Notes: a model not told the origin generated them from the sequence alone. DNA of 42,352 nucleotides from Chrysochromulina tobinii (GCA_001275005.1 JWZX01003022.1:1-42352); one strand, 5' to 3'. Counted from the first letter of the stretch, positions 1 to 9,170 are shown. A program made the numbers and translations.

Positions 1-2
1 TG

Positions 3-1604
3 GCACTCGGCCGTGGCAAGCGTAAGCGAGCGATCGAGCAGCCAGCTGCCAGCGCTGGCGGCGGCGGCGGCGTGTCTGAGAAGGCACGTGGCAAGCGGCC
101 CGTCGCGGCTGTCGTTCTCGATGTTTTCGAGGACGAGGAGGCGGTTGGCAACGGTGAGGACAAGAACACCTTCGACCTCTTCCGGCCGCTTGCCGTCGGC
201 CGCTTCGCTGAGGCATCGAAGGCGTTCCTCGCGACCCACAGCCCGCTGCAAATGACCGTCAAGCTGACCCCCCAAGAGAGGCGCTCTCGGATGGCATACG
301 GCATCTTCGGCCCCGGCACGCACTCGGTCACGTCATGGCTCCCGAATGCCAACATGACCAAATTCGTGGCGCTCATGAAAGACCTGCAGGCACTGCGCGC
401 CGACGAGCCAAACATGAAGGTCGTCGTCTTTACGCGCTTCAATGAGGTGCAGCAGCGCCTCGTGGATCTCATTCAAGGAGAGACTGGCGCGGGCGGACTC
501 CTCGCTTCCAAGGAGGCTGAGGGGCAGCACACGAAGCCGCTCAAGGTGCTCGAATTCAACTCGAAGACGCCGCCGCTGCAGCGCCACGCGCGCATCAAGG
601 AGTTCCAAGAGAGCAAGGACAACGGCGCGAAGGTCATGGTGGTCACCTACCAGACGGCGGCCGTTGGCATCACGCTCACCGCGGCCAGTCGCGTCTTCCT
701 ACTCGAGCCCTCTTTGGACCCGGCGCAGGAGCACCAGGCGGCGGGGCGTATCCATCGGCTTGGCCAGGACAAGGAGGTCTTCATCAAGCGATACGCCTTT
801 CGCGACTCGATCGAGGAGGCGGTGATCAAGCTGCACGAGAAGATCAAGAGTGGCGACATCAAGGTGCGCAATGGCGTGTTTCCCAAGGAGGCCGTGAAGC
901 TGATGGCGACGAGCGGCGCGGCCATGCCACACGCCTTCGATACGGGCCCGACCTACGTCCGCTCCATGGTCGTCGATGATGTAAAGTGGAGCCCAAGCTA
1001 CCATGCGAAAGCGAATGGCACTGCTGCTCCATCGCCAGGTGCAAGCTCGTGGACACGCGTTTGCCAGGAGCAGGCGTGCGATAGCTGTGGGCTGCGGCGC
1101 ATCGTCGACGGATCATCGACGTGGAACGGCACCGGGATCTACTCGTACCTCAAGGACGTGCACGCCGAACCTCCGTTCCATCCGAGCGGCCGCTCGCGCA
1201 ACCCTCCACCGCGGCCAGTGCCGGCGGCCACGAATGACGACGACAAAGACGATCCCGAGCAGAACGCCCGCCGTAATGGCTATGGCGGCGGCTACTTCAG
1301 ATTCGTGCCGCCGCCGCCGCCTCTTTGGATGCCGACCCATTTTACGGCTGTGGAGCTCAGCCAGAGCCGGTCGGACGAAGAGGCTGCAATAGCCGCCTAC
1401 AATGCTGCTGCACAAGCCGCCTACGATGCTGCTGCAAAACCCGCCAACGATGCGCCAAAACCCGAGTCGGACAGCAAGGTGTTCGATAAGGCGCAGGCGG
1501 CGATTGGCGGAATGCCCCACGCCCCCAAATGGACCTCCTGGATCTGTAACAAGTCCGATGATGTACTACCCTTCATCTACGACGACGACGATCGTGTTTG
1601 CTGA
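3..1604 (+). CDS. SNF2-family (Rad5/Rad16-like) helicase, C-terminal HELICc part; 5' end lies outside the window
   Basis: Frame is open from position 3 to TGA at 1602-1604. Contains KVVVFTRF, TAAVGITLTAASRVFLLEP and QAAGRIHRLGQDKEVFIKRY, typical SNF2 helicase motifs IV-VI. Confidence 0.85.
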   Translation, partial: ALGRGKRKRAIEQPAASAGGGGGVSEKARGKRPVAAVVLDVFEDEEAVGNGEDKNTFDLFRPLAVGRFAEASKAFLATHSPLQMTVKLTPQERRSRMAYGIFGPGTHSVTSWLPNANMTKFVALMKDLQALRADEPNMKVVVFTRFNEVQQRLVDLIQGETGAGGLLASKEAEGQHTKPLKVLEFNSKTPPLQRHARIKEFQESKDNGAKVMVVTYQTAAVGITLTAASRVFLLEPSLDPAQEHQAAGRIHRLGQDKEVFIKRYAFRDSIEEAVIKLHEKIKSGDIKVRNGVFPKEAVKLMATSGAAMPHAFDTGPTYVRSMVVDDVKWSPSYHAKANGTAAPSPGASSWTRVCQEQACDSCGLRRIVDGSSTWNGTGIYSYLKDVHAEPPFHPSGRSRNPPPRPVPAATNDDDKDDPEQNARRNGYGGGYFRFVPPPPPLWMPTHFTAVELSQSRSDEEAAIAAYNAAAQAAYDAAAKPANDAPKPESDSKVFDKAQAAIGGMPHAPKWTSWICNKSDDVLPFIYDDDDRVC

Positions 1605-2228
1605 GGTAGCCAGCGCCGCGCGCGAACACAGCCTTGGGCAGCGAGCCGTACGCACCGACAGGGCACGAAACGAAGGATGGACCCACACAATGGAGAGGTG
1701 GAGCACCCAGTGGCACACGAACGGATCACTCAGTGACAGGCAGAGAGAGCTGCCTCAGCTCACCGACACGGCTACGACCGCGAGATGCTCAGAGTACAGA
1801 AGTACAGACGAGAGAGGCGGATCGTGCGGTTTTTGTAAATACGTACAGAGTCTAGACGCGAGTCGACGTCGATTCAGTTCACGGACGAACGGAAAGGGCG
1901 CTCGAGAGAAAACTGATGCTAGTACACGATACAAGCCTCCTCAATACTGCTCATATTTTCGTTATCGAGTAGAAGGACAGCGTTTCAACACGACAGACGA
2001 CTCCGCGCGTGCAGCTGCACGACACAAGTCACAACGCGCGTCTCCACCACCCTCCACCTCATTACAACGCCTCGGCGCACTGTATGAAACTCTGGCAGGT
2101 TTCCGAGCCTACTCTCGCGCGATTCTCAAAGTTGCTGGCGCCTCCCACTCGGGCAACACGATCAGCGGCAAATCACCTCCTTGGGCTTGGGCACAAAAGT
2201 CGTGCCGCTCCAGTTGTGAGGTGAAGAT

Positions 2229-2314
2229 TCCGAGAGGCCATCAGGCCGGCTCAAATGACCTCTGATGACCACTGATTGCATCCCTTATCCGAGAGGCCAT
2301 CAGGCCGGCTCAAA
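2229..2314 (+). mobile_element. Non-intronic 10-bp-repeat insert (2256-2287) flanked by a perfect 27-bp direct repeat
   Basis: tccgagaggccatcaggccggctcaaa occurs at 2229-2255 and 2288-2314. The filler tgacctctgatgaccactgattgcatccctta matches the repeat family found in nearby introns. Confidence 0.7.
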
Positions 2315-5300
2315 GGTCATATCGCACCCAGTCGAGCCCGACGCGCTCGAGAGAGAATGTGGGCCACCAGCGCAGGTCGAGCTTGAGGGTGGTTACGCGC
2401 AGCCGACCCTCGAGGTCGACGTACCTGATGACGAAGGCACTCAGACGCAATCAACGACACAATCACCGACCATCACCGACCATCAGTGGTGGCCATCAGC
2501 GTACTTGATGCGGAGCACGTCGCCGTCTTGCTTGTGCTTCACGCACGCGAGGAAGGAGGGCAGATTGGGCGTGGGCGTCGAGTCCACCTAAACAGGGAAG
2601 GAAGGGAGGCGCGCGCTCGGGTCAACCTCATTCAAAAGGACGGTAGGGATCGGACGTCGGCGTCGGAGCCCACACACACCTCAATGATGTGCGAGGTCGG
2701 CGCGAGATCATATCTCGACGAGGGAGATCCAAAGAAGCGATACGAGGCGTACACACCGCCTGAGGCCGGCGGAGCGCGCTGCTGGAGCACCGCATCCGGC
2801 GTCTCTTGGAGCAAGAGCCCTGCCCAGCCGAGCACCCTCTGCGTGCCCAGGCCGTCGAGGGCGAGCGTGCGGCAGCGGTGCGTCAGGGGGACGCCCTCGC
2901 GTACCTGATGAGGGACGCAATCATCGGTGCCATCTCACGCACTCAGAGCCAATCAGAGCCAATCAGAGGCAATCAGACAGGCGCGCAGGGAGGCACTCGG
3001 GGGCAGTTGAGTGTGACTCCAGCGTGCTTTGAATCCTCGCGTCGAGCTCGCTTACCAGCTGCACGGTCACCTCATCCTTCCCCTGCAACGCCGCGTCAGC
3101 AGCGAGCAGCGAGCGGATCGGCACGCCGTCGATGCTCAGCAGCAGATCACCGCCCCGCAGAGCTGCCCCCCCGAGCCCCCCCGAGCTCCCCCGAGCTCCC
3201 CCCGATCTCGTCAATGGGGCCGCCGCCATTGCCGCTGGAAGCTCCGTCATGAGCGCCGTCGTGAGCGCCATTGGAGGAGGGGGCCGTGACGTGGCTCACG
3301 CAGAGCACTGAGCCGCCGGCCTCGCCATAGGCCTCTTCGACGCCATCAGCGCCAGGGCTGCTGACGGCGCTGTGAGTGCTCGCGACGGCTCCGTCCGCGG
3401 TGGAGCCGGCGGCGTCGGCCAGCGCGGGCGCGGAGGCATCGAGCAGATCATCAGGCACGCCGAGCCGGCGCGCGGCCGCCATCGAGATGGGCTCGAGCAT
3501 CGCACCTGATGAGGGAGGCAATCAGAGAGGCCATCAGAGGCCATCAGAGGCCATCAGAGGCCATCGAGATGGGCTCGAGCATCGCACCGAGAGTGCGCCA
3601 GCGGGGAGGCTGGACTCCCTTGCGCAAGTGCGCCGTCGCCTCGGCGAGATGATGGACGGGCACGCCGCGGAAGATCTGCGAGTTGTGATTGCCTTTTTGG
3701 TACGCGCACGAGGTCCAGAGGGCCGTCACCTGATGAGGTGCGCAATCGGCGCTCATCAGCCGCAATCCGCCGCAATCCGCCGCAATCCGCCGCAATCCGC
3801 CGCAAGGTCGATGGGGTCGGACTGACCTCGCCCTTGTCATTGGCAATGACGCCACCGTCGACGGGGGGCGCGACCTCCAATCCGATCGTCTCCGAGTTCG
3901 AAATCTGAGCGAGCGAGGGAGTCGGGCGCCGTGGTGAGCACTGGCACGCAAAGGGGGGGAGTCTTCGCAATCAGAGGCAATCACTCCGAGGGCCTCACCT
4001 GGTAGCGCGGCGGGTTTGGCAGCGGCAACTTGATCCAGCCTGAGTTCGCCACCTTCGTCTTGCGAGCGACGAGCTCGACACGGCGCGAGGCATCGAACTC
4101 CTCGTTGAGCCCCGATTTGAGGCCAACGAGCCACGCGGACGTGCCCGTGCTCATCGTGCGCGTGTCCATGGCGAGCCGGGCCGACGTGGCGCGCGCGCGT
4201 CGAGGCAATGCCGCCGGGTCGTACTGCACGAGCGCGAAGTTGTGCATGGGGTGCACGAACACGACACGCGCGGGCACCGCGGCCGCGGCCGCGCTGTTGC
4301 CGCCCACGGTCACGATCACGTCGCCGAGCGTGGACGTGACCGTGTTCCGATCGACCGCGACCAGGCCCTGCGCCGCATCCAGCACCAGGCCAGCGCCGCG
4401 GTAGCGCATCCCCGTCTCCCCATCAATGGAGAAGGGGCGTGTGAAGTCGACTGTGACCAACGATGGCGCGAGGATCGAGGAGACGCTCGGCACGACGCTC
4501 GGCTCGCCCTGGGTCTTGCCGCTCGGCACGACGCTCGGCTCGCCCTGGGTCTTGCCGTCACCGCTGCTGCTGCTGGTGGTGCTGCTGCCGGTGCCGGTGC
4601 CGGTGCCGGTGCCGGTGCTGGTGCTGCTGGTGCTGGTGCTGCTGCTGCTGCTGCTGTCGCCGCCGCCGCTTGCGTCGCCGGTAGACGTCCCTAGGGCAGC
4701 AGGCGTGGGCGCTGTCTTGGGCGGCGCCTCGGCCCGCCACACGCCGTCCGCCGAAGGCTTCCACAGCAGGGCGCCGTCCTGGGCATATGGGGTGGTCGCG
4801 GTGTCCGCGGTGTCCGCGGTGTCCGCGGTGGAGGCGGTGGGGGCGGCAGCAGCTGGGCCGGCGGCTGCACCAGCAGAATCGGCATTGTGCGGCAGCGTGT
4901 GCGTCTGCCAGGTGGACTCGGAGAGCCGCGGGTCCCCGCGCACCGTATCGGCGATTTGGAACCACTTGCGATCGACGGTGAGCGAGGTGAGCTGTACATG
5001 CGTCCTCTCGGCGAGGTCGTAGAACTTGATGGTCAGCTGCTCGCCGTGCGTCGTGTTGCGCATGATCTCGATGAAGGAGGCGAGGTCAGGCGTGGGCACG
5101 CCACCGACGGACGCGATCACGTGCCCGCGCGCCAGCCGCGCCTGACGAAGCATGCCGCCCGGATGCGCATGAGTGGCAATCAGTGGCCATCAGTGGCCAT
5201 CAGTGGCCATCAGAGGTTCTCACCTGACGAAGCATGTAGCCCGGATGCGCCACGTACACTCCACGTGGCGCGACGCCGTGGTTCCGCGCCTGCTGATAGG

Positions 5301-6655
5301 AGAGCTCATTCACAATCGCGCCGCCCATCTCAAAGTAGCGCGAGGGCGTGAGCGCGTGGAGGTCATCCACGCGCAGGCTGTGGGAGATCCGCTGCCCACC
5401 GCGACAGACCTCGAGCGCCACGTGGCCGCCCACCGCGGCGTCGAGCGCCGCCTCGAGCGCGATGAAGCTCGTGCACCACCGCCCCGCCACCCGAAGGAGA
5501 ATGTCGCCCGGCTCGAGCACGCCGTCAGCAGGCCCCTTGGGCAGCACCTGATGAGGGAGGCCATCAGAGGCCATCAGAGGCCATCAGAGGCCATCAGAGC
5601 AGGACCCCTTGGGCAGCACCTCGGAGAAGACGAGCAGGCCGAGCTCGTCGGGCAGCTGGGCGCGAAACGCGGCCTCCTCGGCGGCGGGCAGCCCGAGACG
5701 GCGCGCTTCGTCAAACGGCTGGTGCAGGCACACGGCCTGCAGCGTGCCACGTGTGACGGGCTCTCCAGCCTGTAGCAGGCGCAGCGCGCGCACGGCGCGG
5801 TCGAGCGGCAGGAAGAAGCCGGCCGAGGTCCCCACCTTGCCATGAGAGGTAATTAGGGGACAATTAGGGGGTAATTAGGGGGTAATCAGGGGTCGTCAGT
5901 GGTCATCAGAGGGCAGTCCCCACCTTGCCGCCCGCGTTGAGCGCGATCGCGTGGCCCTTGCCGTTGAGCACCGGCGAGCCTGACGAACCTCCAGAAGTCC
6001 CCGAGGCCGAGTGCATGTAGAAGGTGTCCATGTCGTTGTAGCCGTTGCGATTGTACGTGGGCGCGTTGCGGTCGAGGCGCGCGAGCGTCGAGCGGTGGAT
6101 CGACGACTTCTCACCCGCGTTGTTCCCAATGATCACGATGTCAGCGCCCACGTACGCCTCATCCGGCGCGAGCGGCAGCTGCACGACGTCCATGTGCTCG
6201 ACCGCCTTTGGATCGAACCGGAACAAGGCAAAGTCATGCACCGGGTCGTAGTACGCGACGGTGAGCGGCACCTCCTCGTTGTTGGCAAAGATGGCCTCGG
6301 CGACGATCGGCCCAGGACCTGCGACGTGCCGGTTGGTCATGATGTAGCCGCGCTCCTTGTCGACCACGAAGCCGGTCGCCTGCAGCGTGCCCGACTGAGC
6401 GGTGTCAAAGGCGCGCACGCGGTTCACCTTGATAGACACCACCGCGGGAAGCGCCGCCGTGATCATCGCATTCCACTGCTCTGGCGAGTAGGTCGCCTCC
6501 GTGGCACGTGGTGAAGTGATGGGCGGCTGCGCCTCCGCATGTGTTAAGGTGGCCGCAGTGGCCGCCGTGGCGCTGCACGCTGCAAATCGCACGACGTGTG
6601 GGCGCAGCAGCGCCGCAGCAGCCGGCCGCACCGATTGCGCGAGACGCCAGAGCAT
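2310..6655 (-). CDS. Nma111/DEG7-like HtrA serine protease with PDZ domains (10 exons)
   Basis: Exons 6655-5924, 5835-5620, 5547-5224, 5141-3999, 3904-3827, 3729-3588, 3505-3056, 2904-2680, 2587-2505, 2424-2310, all joined by GT-AG introns. Catalytic motifs TNRHV, HDF and [11 protein letters not shown] segments ([16 protein letters not shown]), a second protease-like half ([23 protein letters not shown]) and C-terminal [11 protein letters not shown]. One +1 frame break near 3166-3204. Confidence 0.88.
2425..2504 (-). other. Repeat-containing GT-AG intron (80 bp)
   Basis: Starts GTACG (same as the first 5 nt of the next exon), carries GATGGTCGGT/TGATTG units and ends GTCATCAG. Splicing gives IKYVDLEG. 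Confidence 0.8.
2588..2679 (-). other. GT-AG intron (92 bp) whose 5' part is a decayed copy of the next exon
   Basis: Intron GTGGGCTCCGACGCCGACGTCCGATCCCTACCGTCCTT aligns with exon GTGGACTCGACGCCCACGCCCAATCTGCCCTCCTT. Pyrimidine tract then TTTAG; frame is preserved. Confidence 0.75.
2905..3055 (-). other. Repeat-containing GT-AG intron (151 bp)
   Basis: Starts GTAAGCGAG versus next exon GTACGCGAG, contains CTGATTGCCT/CTGATTGGCT units and ends GTCCCTCATCAG. Confidence 0.8.
3506..3587 (-). mobile_element. Introner-like intron (82 bp) with a perfect 29-bp flanking duplication
   Basis: gccatcgagatgggctcgagcatcgcacc occurs at 3478-3506 and 3560-3588. Body is (CTGATGGCCT)n...TGCCTCCCTCATCAG; phase 1, frame preserved. 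Confidence 0.85.
3730..3826 (-). other. Repeat-containing GT-AG intron (97 bp)
   Basis: GTCAGT donor, about 4 copies of the variant unit GCGGATTGCG, ends CACCTCATCAG; phase 0. Confidence 0.8.
3905..3998 (-). other. GT-AG intron (94 bp) with two repeat units
   Basis: GTGAGG donor, TGATTGCCTCTGATTGC, acceptor CGCTCAG. Splicing joins PPRYQ to ISNSET in frame. Confidence 0.75.
4485..4556. repeat. In-frame 36-bp tandem duplication ([12 protein letters not shown] x2) in the protease linker
   Basis: Identical units at 4485-4520 and 4521-4556, next to Ser/Thr/Gly microsatellite-coded tracts. Confidence 0.9.
5142..5223 (-). mobile_element. Introner-like intron (82 bp) whose 3' end copies the upstream exon end
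   Basis: cctgacgaagcatg(cc/ta)gcccggatgcgc occurs at 5141-5168 and 5223-5250 (26/28 identical). GTGAGA donor followed by (CTGATGGCCA)n. Confidence 0.85.
5548..5619 (-). mobile_element. Introner-like intron (72 bp) whose 5' end copies the next exon start
   Basis: agcagg(a)ccccttgggcagcacct occurs at 5527-5549 and 5598-5621. Body is (CTGATGGCCT)x4 + CCCTCATCAG. Confidence 0.85.
5836..5923 (-). mobile_element. Introner-like intron (88 bp) with both splice sites inside a 14-bp duplication
   Basis: gtccccaccttgcc occurs at 5828-5841 and 5916-5929 (minus strand GGCAAG|GTGGGGAC). Body has 10-bp periodicity drifting from CTGATGACCA to CTAATTACCC. Confidence 0.85.
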
Positions 6656-6875
6656 TTCCGTGATCTCCGACAGGACGCCGTTTCGGGCGCGTGTCACCTG
6701 TGATGAAAAGCTAGATGTAACATACGTCACGAACAAGCGCGCGCGTCTCGCTCGGTTTGCATGGGTTTTTTACGTTGTGTCTGTCGTGTGAAGATGAACT
6801 CATCGCGCAACAGGTTTCCAATTATGGTCCGGGAGAAGTGATGATTCCGAGAGAGAAGCCTCTCCATCTTGTGCG

Positions 6876-7604
6876 ATGGACCTTTTACAGCAGCCTTTCG
6901 AGGGCATCAAGGCCGTCGGTGTTGCGACAGTCGACGGCGCCAAGGCCGTTGGCACGGCCACGGTTGACGGTGTCAAGGCTGTCGGCGTGGCGACAGTGAA
7001 CGGAGCGACCTTTGTCGGCGATGGCGTCAAGGCTACAGGCAACCTTGTGGCCACAGGGCTCGAGAAGACCATTGAGACGCTCGGTCTGGCTCAGGGCTTC
7101 CAGGCTGTCTTTGGCGAGGATATTGACAAGTCGGACGCGGGCCTGGAGGCGGCGTTTGCCAAGGTGGACGTGGACAAGAGTGGCAAGATCAATGCCGCCG
7201 AGATGAAGGCATACATCCTGAGTGTGTATGAGAAGGGCCTCGATGACAAGAGTATCGGCGAGATGATAGCGACGGCAGACACAAACAACGACGGCGAAAT
7301 CGATCTTGATGAGTTCAAGATCATTATGCGCGCCGGGCCCAAGAAGTCGGATGGGGCGATTGTTGGCGTCGTCGGTGCTGGCGTCGGTGCCACTGTAGGC
7401 GGCGTCAAGACCGTCGGGGACGGCGCCGCCTTTGTCGGCAAGCAGTCTGTCGAGGGCATCAAGGCGGCTGGTGCTGCGACCGTCGACGGCGCCAAGGCCT
7501 TTGGCGCGGCCATGGCCAAGGGCTTCGAGTCACCAACTTGGCAGTCGGACGCGGGTGGTCCGGCGTTCTGTGCCTGTGCGAGAAGGGAGGCGAAGGCACT
7601 ATAA
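6876..7604 (+). CDS. EF-hand pair protein flanked by 11-residue amphipathic repeats
   Basis: EF-hand loops DVDKSGKINAAE and DTNNDGEIDLDE; repeats such as VGVATVDGAKA and VGTATVDGVKA on both sides; intact ATG-TAA ORF. Confidence 0.85.
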   Translation: MDLLQQPFEGIKAVGVATVDGAKAVGTATVDGVKAVGVATVNGATFVGDGVKATGNLVATGLEKTIETLGLAQGFQAVFGEDIDKSDAGLEAAFAKVDVDKSGKINAAEMKAYILSVYEKGLDDKSIGEMIATADTNNDGEIDLDEFKIIMRAGPKKSDGAIVGVVGAGVGATVGGVKTVGDGAAFVGKQSVEGIKAAGAATVDGAKAFGAAMAKGFESPTWQSDAGGPAFCACARREAKAL

Positions 7605-8291
7605 ACGACTCCCTGAGTAGGTTCCCTGAGAAGGCCTCCCTGAGACGATCAGATCATCACCGTGTCCCCTCTCGCAAGGTTGATGGTGTGGATTGAGCCA
7701 GACACCCGTTCAGGAAGCACCCGAGAACACACGACATGTCACAGCAGATTGCACAGGCCCGAACCGCAGCCGGTGGGCGGCGGGGGTTGGGTGGGGGTCT
7801 AGACGTTACTTATTGAGATCGTGTTGGTGAGATGTGAATGAAAACCCTCTCCAGTGTGGTTGGGGTTGAGCTTGCGACGACAATGCACGACGATCACCGG
7901 CCGGCACGATGACGGACATCGGCATGCACGTGGTCGTGGAGAGCTGGAGAGTGGTGGTGGGGGATGTCTCGAGGTCTCGAGGTGTGATTAGCCCCGCGAG
8001 GCTTTGAATACATAGCGGCCAGTCATTGCGGCCAGTCGACCGCTCGCTGGGGGGGTTCAGCCCGCGTGGAATTGAGCTCGGGTGCGGAGCCGTCCTTTGA
8101 GACGGTGAGATACGGGAGGTGTGGTGAGCGGCGCCGCGCAGCAGGACCGCGACGAAACTGACTGATCTCGGGAAAATTGAGATCGTTGCGTGACACGATC
8201 GTGAATTTCCGCGCACTCCTTTGCCGAGCCGGCGTGATCCCGCGGGACGGATTGCCGCTCTCCGGTGGCCGTGGCTTTAACTGGCGAGGCA

Positions 8292-9017
8292 ATGTCGAGC
8301 GAATTTGCGCCACGCGTTGTGTGCGTGGCTTGTGGTCAACGCGTTGTTGACCTCGGCCGCACGGCTTGTGTGCAGGATTCGTTCGGCTGCCATCTTGTTT
8401 GCGAACTTGCAAGTCTGGCCAAAGACATTATGCAGCTCCGGCCACATCCAGAAGCAGCCCAGTTCCCATTCAAGCAAGGGAAGCTGGCGTGCAAATGCAA
8501 AGCAAACCTGGGCAACATTCAGAATAACGTGACAGCGTTGTTGCCAGTTGCCGGCTTGACAGGGCGAGGTGACTATGCCATTCTCAAGTTTGTGGACGTG
8601 AGCTTCGCCGTCACACCCTCAGAGACCGTTCCACAGCTTACGGGATGGCTACTCGGCCAAGCCGTTGGCTTTGCCTCGGGAAAGGGCGGCGGTCGCGCAC
8701 TGGGTGGCAAAGGGGGTCGCGGTCAGTCGTCATCTCGTGCCGTCAGCGTCACAACTGCGCACGTGCTCCAGGCTGCCGGCAAGACCGACGACCTGAAGCG
8801 CATACTGGAGGCGACGGAAAAGCGACGCAATCTGAACACGACGCGCAGCGTGCTCACGAGTGCCGACGGCAAGGGTGGCGGCGGTGCCTTCGCTGCGCCG
8901 CCCCCAGCGCCCGCCTCCTTGGGCAACGCCTCCTTGGGTGGAATCAACGATATGTTTGACTCCTTCTCTATCAACCCGCAAGCCCACGGGCCCGCAGACG
9001 CCAATGAACTATGCTGA
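8292..9017 (+). CDS. Protein with N-terminal RIG-I C-terminal-domain-like (Yippee/Mis18 fold) zinc-binding domain
   Basis: CVAC...GCHL...RPHPEAAQFPFKQGKLACKC...LG...ILKFVDVSF matches by eye the spacing and residues of the RIG-I CTD; followed by a Gly/Ala-rich tail. Confidence 0.6.
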   Translation: MSSEFAPRVVCVACGQRVVDLGRTACVQDSFGCHLVCELASLAKDIMQLRPHPEAAQFPFKQGKLACKCKANLGNIQNNVTALLPVAGLTGRGDYAILKFVDVSFAVTPSETVPQLTGWLLGQAVGFASGKGGGRALGGKGGRGQSSSRAVSVTTAHVLQAAGKTDDLKRILEATEKRRNLNTTRSVLTSADGKGGGGAFAAPPPAPASLGNASLGGINDMFDSFSINPQAHGPADANELC

Positions 9018-9170
9018 TCGTACTGGGTGTGGTGCTGTGATTCTGAGGTTGACGCTTCCGGGCAGGACTGGGCAGCAGGAACAGGCGGATAGTTGGGTAC
9101 CGCAAGGCGACTGGATGACCTTCAAGACGGGCGAGCAGCTGTGCCCAAGTACGTCGTCCGCTACACGTGA
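8980..9170 (+). pseudogene. Fragment resembling the C-terminal part of a PARP-like ADP-ribosyltransferase domain
   Basis: TGPQTPMNYA...AVILRLTLPG...DSWVPQGDWMTFKTGEQL, then after a 1-nt shift near 9141 PKYVVRYT-stop. This resembles the terminal Q.lP.Yvv.Y strand of PARP catalytic domains. The N-terminal HG and GxY motifs are absent. Confidence 0.45.

Noticed and set aside
1402..2265. 287-aa ORF overlapping the helicase 3' end
   Set aside because: Alternative-frame read-through into intergenic DNA with no recognisable motifs; expected by chance at this GC content.
4426..5022. Hydrophobic (poly-L/V) and Cys-rich (4463-4684) plus-strand ORFs
   Set aside because: They are antisense translations of the Ser/Thr/Gly microsatellite linker of the protease.
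7605..8290. Possible gene or ncRNA in the gap before the zinc-domain ORF
   Set aside because: Only short motif-less ORFs; no tRNA, rRNA or snRNA pattern recognisable by eye.
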